Of a stretch of DNA of 64,000 nt, positions 61,101-64,000 are shown piece by piece. This DNA comes from Mobula hypostoma (lineage: Eukaryota). The position numbers were made by a program, and so were the translations under genes. Location: positions 66,714,001 through 66,778,000 of the forward strand of contig NC_086097.1 in assembly GCF_963921235.1 (NCBI RefSeq). Direction: 5' to 3'. The notes beneath the pieces are model-generated. The model had not been told where the DNA came from and ran no database searches. It worked only from the letters and a program-made list of their open reading frames with translations. Each line of letters starts with the position of its first letter. The stretch's first letter is position 1.

Positions 61101-61927
61101 TCATTAAGGTCTAGATATTCTTTGATTTCTCCCCTTAATCTCTCCATTACTTTCGGGTTATTGAGTATATGTGAGTTTAGCCTCCATAGTGTTTTCCTCA
61201 TTTTCCTTTCCAGGATTAGAGACATAGAGACTGGGCTATGATCCGACAGATCAATTGTTGCAATATTACAGTTTTTTATCCTGAGTCTATCTGTATTAAA
61301 GATAAAGAAGTAGTCTATCCTTGAATAGGCTGAATGAGGGAAAGAGTAATATGTATAATCTTTACTAGTAGGGTGTAATTCCCTCCAGACATCTATAATT
61401 CCCAACTCCTCCATCAATGAATTCACTTTCCGAGTCAGAGGTTTATTCTGAGTAACTATTCTTGAAGAATCTAATATAGGATTTAATCTAATATTAAAAT
61501 CCCCTCCACAAATTACTACCCCTCGAGAACTGACCATTAGGTCAAAAATGTGTCTATAAAATGACCATTCACTACCTGGAGGAGCATAAACATTCAGCAA
61601 TGTTATTTCTGTACCTTCTATTCTTCCTGTGATTTTTACAAACCGTCCTTCTTTGTCTCTAGTCTCTGAAATATGTTCATAATTAAGAGTACTTGATATT
61701 AAAGTAGCTACCCCTCTTTTGTGACTCAATTTATATGATGAATAAAATACATGCTTAAAGCCCATTCTTTTTAATTTTCCATGTTCAGATTGGCTCATAT
61801 GTGTTTCCTGGAGGAAAGCTATTTGTGCCCTCTCTTTTTTCAATTTAGACATAATCTTATTTCTTTTAATTGGATTCAAAACCCCATTAACATTATAGGA
61901 AATTATTTTTAACAATTCAGTTTGCAT
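58137..61927 (-). pseudogene. L1 ORF2 (APE endonuclease, RT, CCHC), about 1262 aa once two +1 frameshifts are removed
   Basis: [56 protein letters not shown] across three overlapping ORFs. Confidence 0.93.
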
Positions 61928-62291
61928 TTTTCTCTAAAATGCAAAAAAAGCACTCTCCTTTTCTAACCAAACAGTAAGCAATCCCTTCTCAACAGTAAAC
62001 CAAGACATATAACCACACCCTAGACATTTCTGAACGTATAACATTTGAAAATTTTTCCCGACTTCCCACAGTGAGGCCTGAGCACCGACCCGCCTCAGTT
62101 CAGAGGGATAACCTCTATCTTCACCCTGTGTTAGAGGGCCCTCAGCAGTTTGAATAATCATAGAGAATTTTCTCCTATTTATGTCTCGACCATATTGCTA
62201 TCATTCAAGTTATTCCGCCTAGTTTATTTTCAGTTACCAGTTTTCATTTTACTTTTAAGTCCGATTTACTCTTTTCAGTCATTTCTCTTAA

Positions 62292-63278
62292 TTAATCTGT
62301 ATTCTCTGTACATTCGCGTCTGAATATTTGCAGCTTTTCCTTGTAGTTTGACACTCTGGTTCGAGTGGAGCGTCCTCGCCCCACTAACTGCCACGACTTC
62401 TGCCGAATCCTCTCCAGTAGCGACTCCGGTTGGGTGATAACTTTAATAGGTAGTCCCCGGTCCGCCAGGTCCAACGTTGCCTCCTCCACCGTAGCGTAAG
62501 TTTTTGTCCCTTCGTCGTAAAAGACTCTCAGCCGAGCTGGATACAGGGTCTGGAATCTGATGTTGTTTTCCTTCAGGACTCTCCGTGTTTCCGTATATTC
62601 CTTCCGTCTGGCAAGAATCCCCGGTGCGTAGTCGTGGTCTAAACTGATTTTGCAGTTGTTCCACATGAAACCTTTCTTTTGCCATGCTCTTTTAAGCCCC
62701 TCTTCCTTCGTTCTGTAATTGAGATATCTGATCAGAATCGATCTGGACTGGGCGCCTGCTGGAGACTGTGGTGCCAACGCGCGGTGAGCCCTTTCTATCT
62801 GTAGGTCTTTTGCGGCCGGTATATCAAGGTTCTCTCTAAGCAGCTTCTCCACGAAGGGAATCATCAATCCGGGTTTACCTTCGGTTCCTTCGGGAACTCC
62901 GTAGATCCTCACATTTTCCCTTCTCGAGCGGCCTTCTTGATCTATTAGTTTCCACTGGAGCTGGTCTTGTAGCTTCAGCATTTCTGCTATCACTTCCTCG
63001 GCGTTTTGTAGCTTCTCTTCAATTCCAACAATCCTCGCTTCGGCTTCATCTATCCGCGAGTTAGTTTTTACTATTTCTCCTTTAATATCCTCCAGCTGTT
63101 TGCTGTTATCTTGTCGGAACTCGCGAATCTCTCCGAGAATCAAAGACAGAGTCACCGATTCCCCCTCATTATCTCCGTCCTGGCTTGCCGTGGGGGAGCT
63201 AGGCCCGTCGCCTTGCTGCATCTCTTTATGTTTATCAGCCTTCGAAGCGGACTTTTTATTCTTGTTCTTAGACATCAT
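62292..63278 (-). CDS. L1 ORF1 protein (coiled coil, RRM, CTD); intact
   Basis: 328-aa ORF with heptad-rich region, EGRSRRENVRIYGVPEG, IERAHR and LYPARLRV. Confidence 0.92.
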   Translation of the reverse strand: MMSKNKNKKSASKADKHKEMQQGDGPSSPTASQDGDNEGESVTLSLILGEIREFRQDNSKQLEDIKGEIVKTNSRIDEAEARIVGIEEKLQNAEEVIAEMLKLQDQLQWKLIDQEGRSRRENVRIYGVPEGTEGKPGLMIPFVEKLLRENLDIPAAKDLQIERAHRALAPQSPAGAQSRSILIRYLNYRTKEEGLKRAWQKKGFMWNNCKISLDHDYAPGILARRKEYTETRRVLKENNIRFQTLYPARLRVFYDEGTKTYATVEEATLDLADRGLPIKVITQPESLLERIRQKSWQLVGRGRSTRTRVSNYKEKLQIFRRECTENTD

Positions 63279-63380
63279 CCTTGCCCCTTTTATTAATATA
63301 GTTATGCAATATTAAGTATTTGTCTAAATTCGATTTTGGGGCAGTTTACCTTCTTTTTTGTCGAGAGACCTTTTCCTTAC

Positions 63381-63414
63381 GCCGCCATTCCCTTGATGAC
63401 CCGGAAGTCCCCCC
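63381..63414 (-). promoter_or_regulatory. Putative L1 internal promoter (ETS- and YY1-like motifs)
   Basis: CCGGAAGT at 63401-63408 and GCCGCCAT at 63381-63388, at the extreme 5' end of the element. Confidence 0.55.
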
Positions 63415-63440
63415 AGCAATTCTCAACAATCAAACATTTT

Positions 63441-63955
63441 CAATGAGTTCTCCCCCACCTCCCCGCCTCATTCTCCTGAATTCCAGGTGGTACAGGCCCA
63501 AAGTCATCAATCAATCCTCATATGGAAACCTTTTCATGTCTGGAATTATCCTTGTGAACCTCCTTTGAACCCTCTCCAAAGTCAGCACATCGTTTCTTAG
63601 AAAAGGTGCTCAAAACTGCTCACAATACTCCAGGTAAGGCCTTCCCAGTGCCTTATAAAGACTAAACATTACATCCTTGCTTTTATATTCTAGTCTTCTC
63701 AAAATGAATGCTAACATTGCATTTGCCTTCCTTAACACCAACTCAACCTGCAAATTAACCTTTAGGACTCCCAAGTCCCTTTGTACCTGGGATTTTTGAA
63801 TTTTCTCTCCAATAAGAAAATGGTCAGTATTTTTATTTCTTCTAACAAAGGGCATGATCATAGAGTTCCCAACACTGTATTCTATATGCCACTTCTTTGC
63901 CTGTTCTCCTAATCTGGCCAAGTTGTTCTGCAGCCTCCTCAACATTACCTGCATC
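63441..63955 (-). mobile_element. CR1 RT fragment, continuation of 57211-57585
   Basis: ORF 63610-63954 (KANAMLAFILR...LYKALGRPYLEYC). Confidence 0.9.
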
Positions 63956-64000
63956 TCAATTTCATTGGCTCGACATTCAACACTAGATCACCTGGACAGT

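Larger units (their letters stand above)
57586..63422 (-). mobile_element. Full-length L1-clade LINE, about 5.8 kb
   Basis: 5' GGGGGGACTTCCGG; ORF1; 364-bp spacer; ORF2; 3' UTR with AATAAA and A-tail; 18-bp TSD TCAACAATCAAACATTTT (57568-57585, 63423-63440). Confidence 0.96.

Overview
This is eukaryotic, transposon-dense DNA, most likely an intron or gene desert of a cartilaginous fish. That assignment is inferred from HE1/V-SINE-type SINEs, abundant CR1 and Rex1 LINEs, and Penelope-type repeats. I could not recognise any host protein-coding gene; almost every long ORF comes from a transposon. The main contents are: about 15 CR1 LINE fragments; several Rex1/Babar LINE fragments; a full-length L1-clade element (57586-63422, minus strand, 18-bp TSD) whose ORF2 is broken only by two +1 insertions in A-runs; a full-length decayed Tc1; an internally deleted hAT (8-bp TSD); two solo-LTR-like elements, one carrying a 67-68-bp tandem array; a tRNA-derived MetaSINE-like element (15-bp TSD); and two V-SINEs. 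The most notable structure is a Penelope-like fold-back insertion at 5050-6216. It has arms of about 560 bp, an 18-nt spacer and a 14-bp TSD, and each arm carries a minimal hammerhead-ribozyme motif; further hammerhead relics are scattered through the window. These belong to known element classes, and I cannot claim a wholly new system from the sequence alone. Boundaries of decayed elements were read by eye and are approximate unless a TSD is given.
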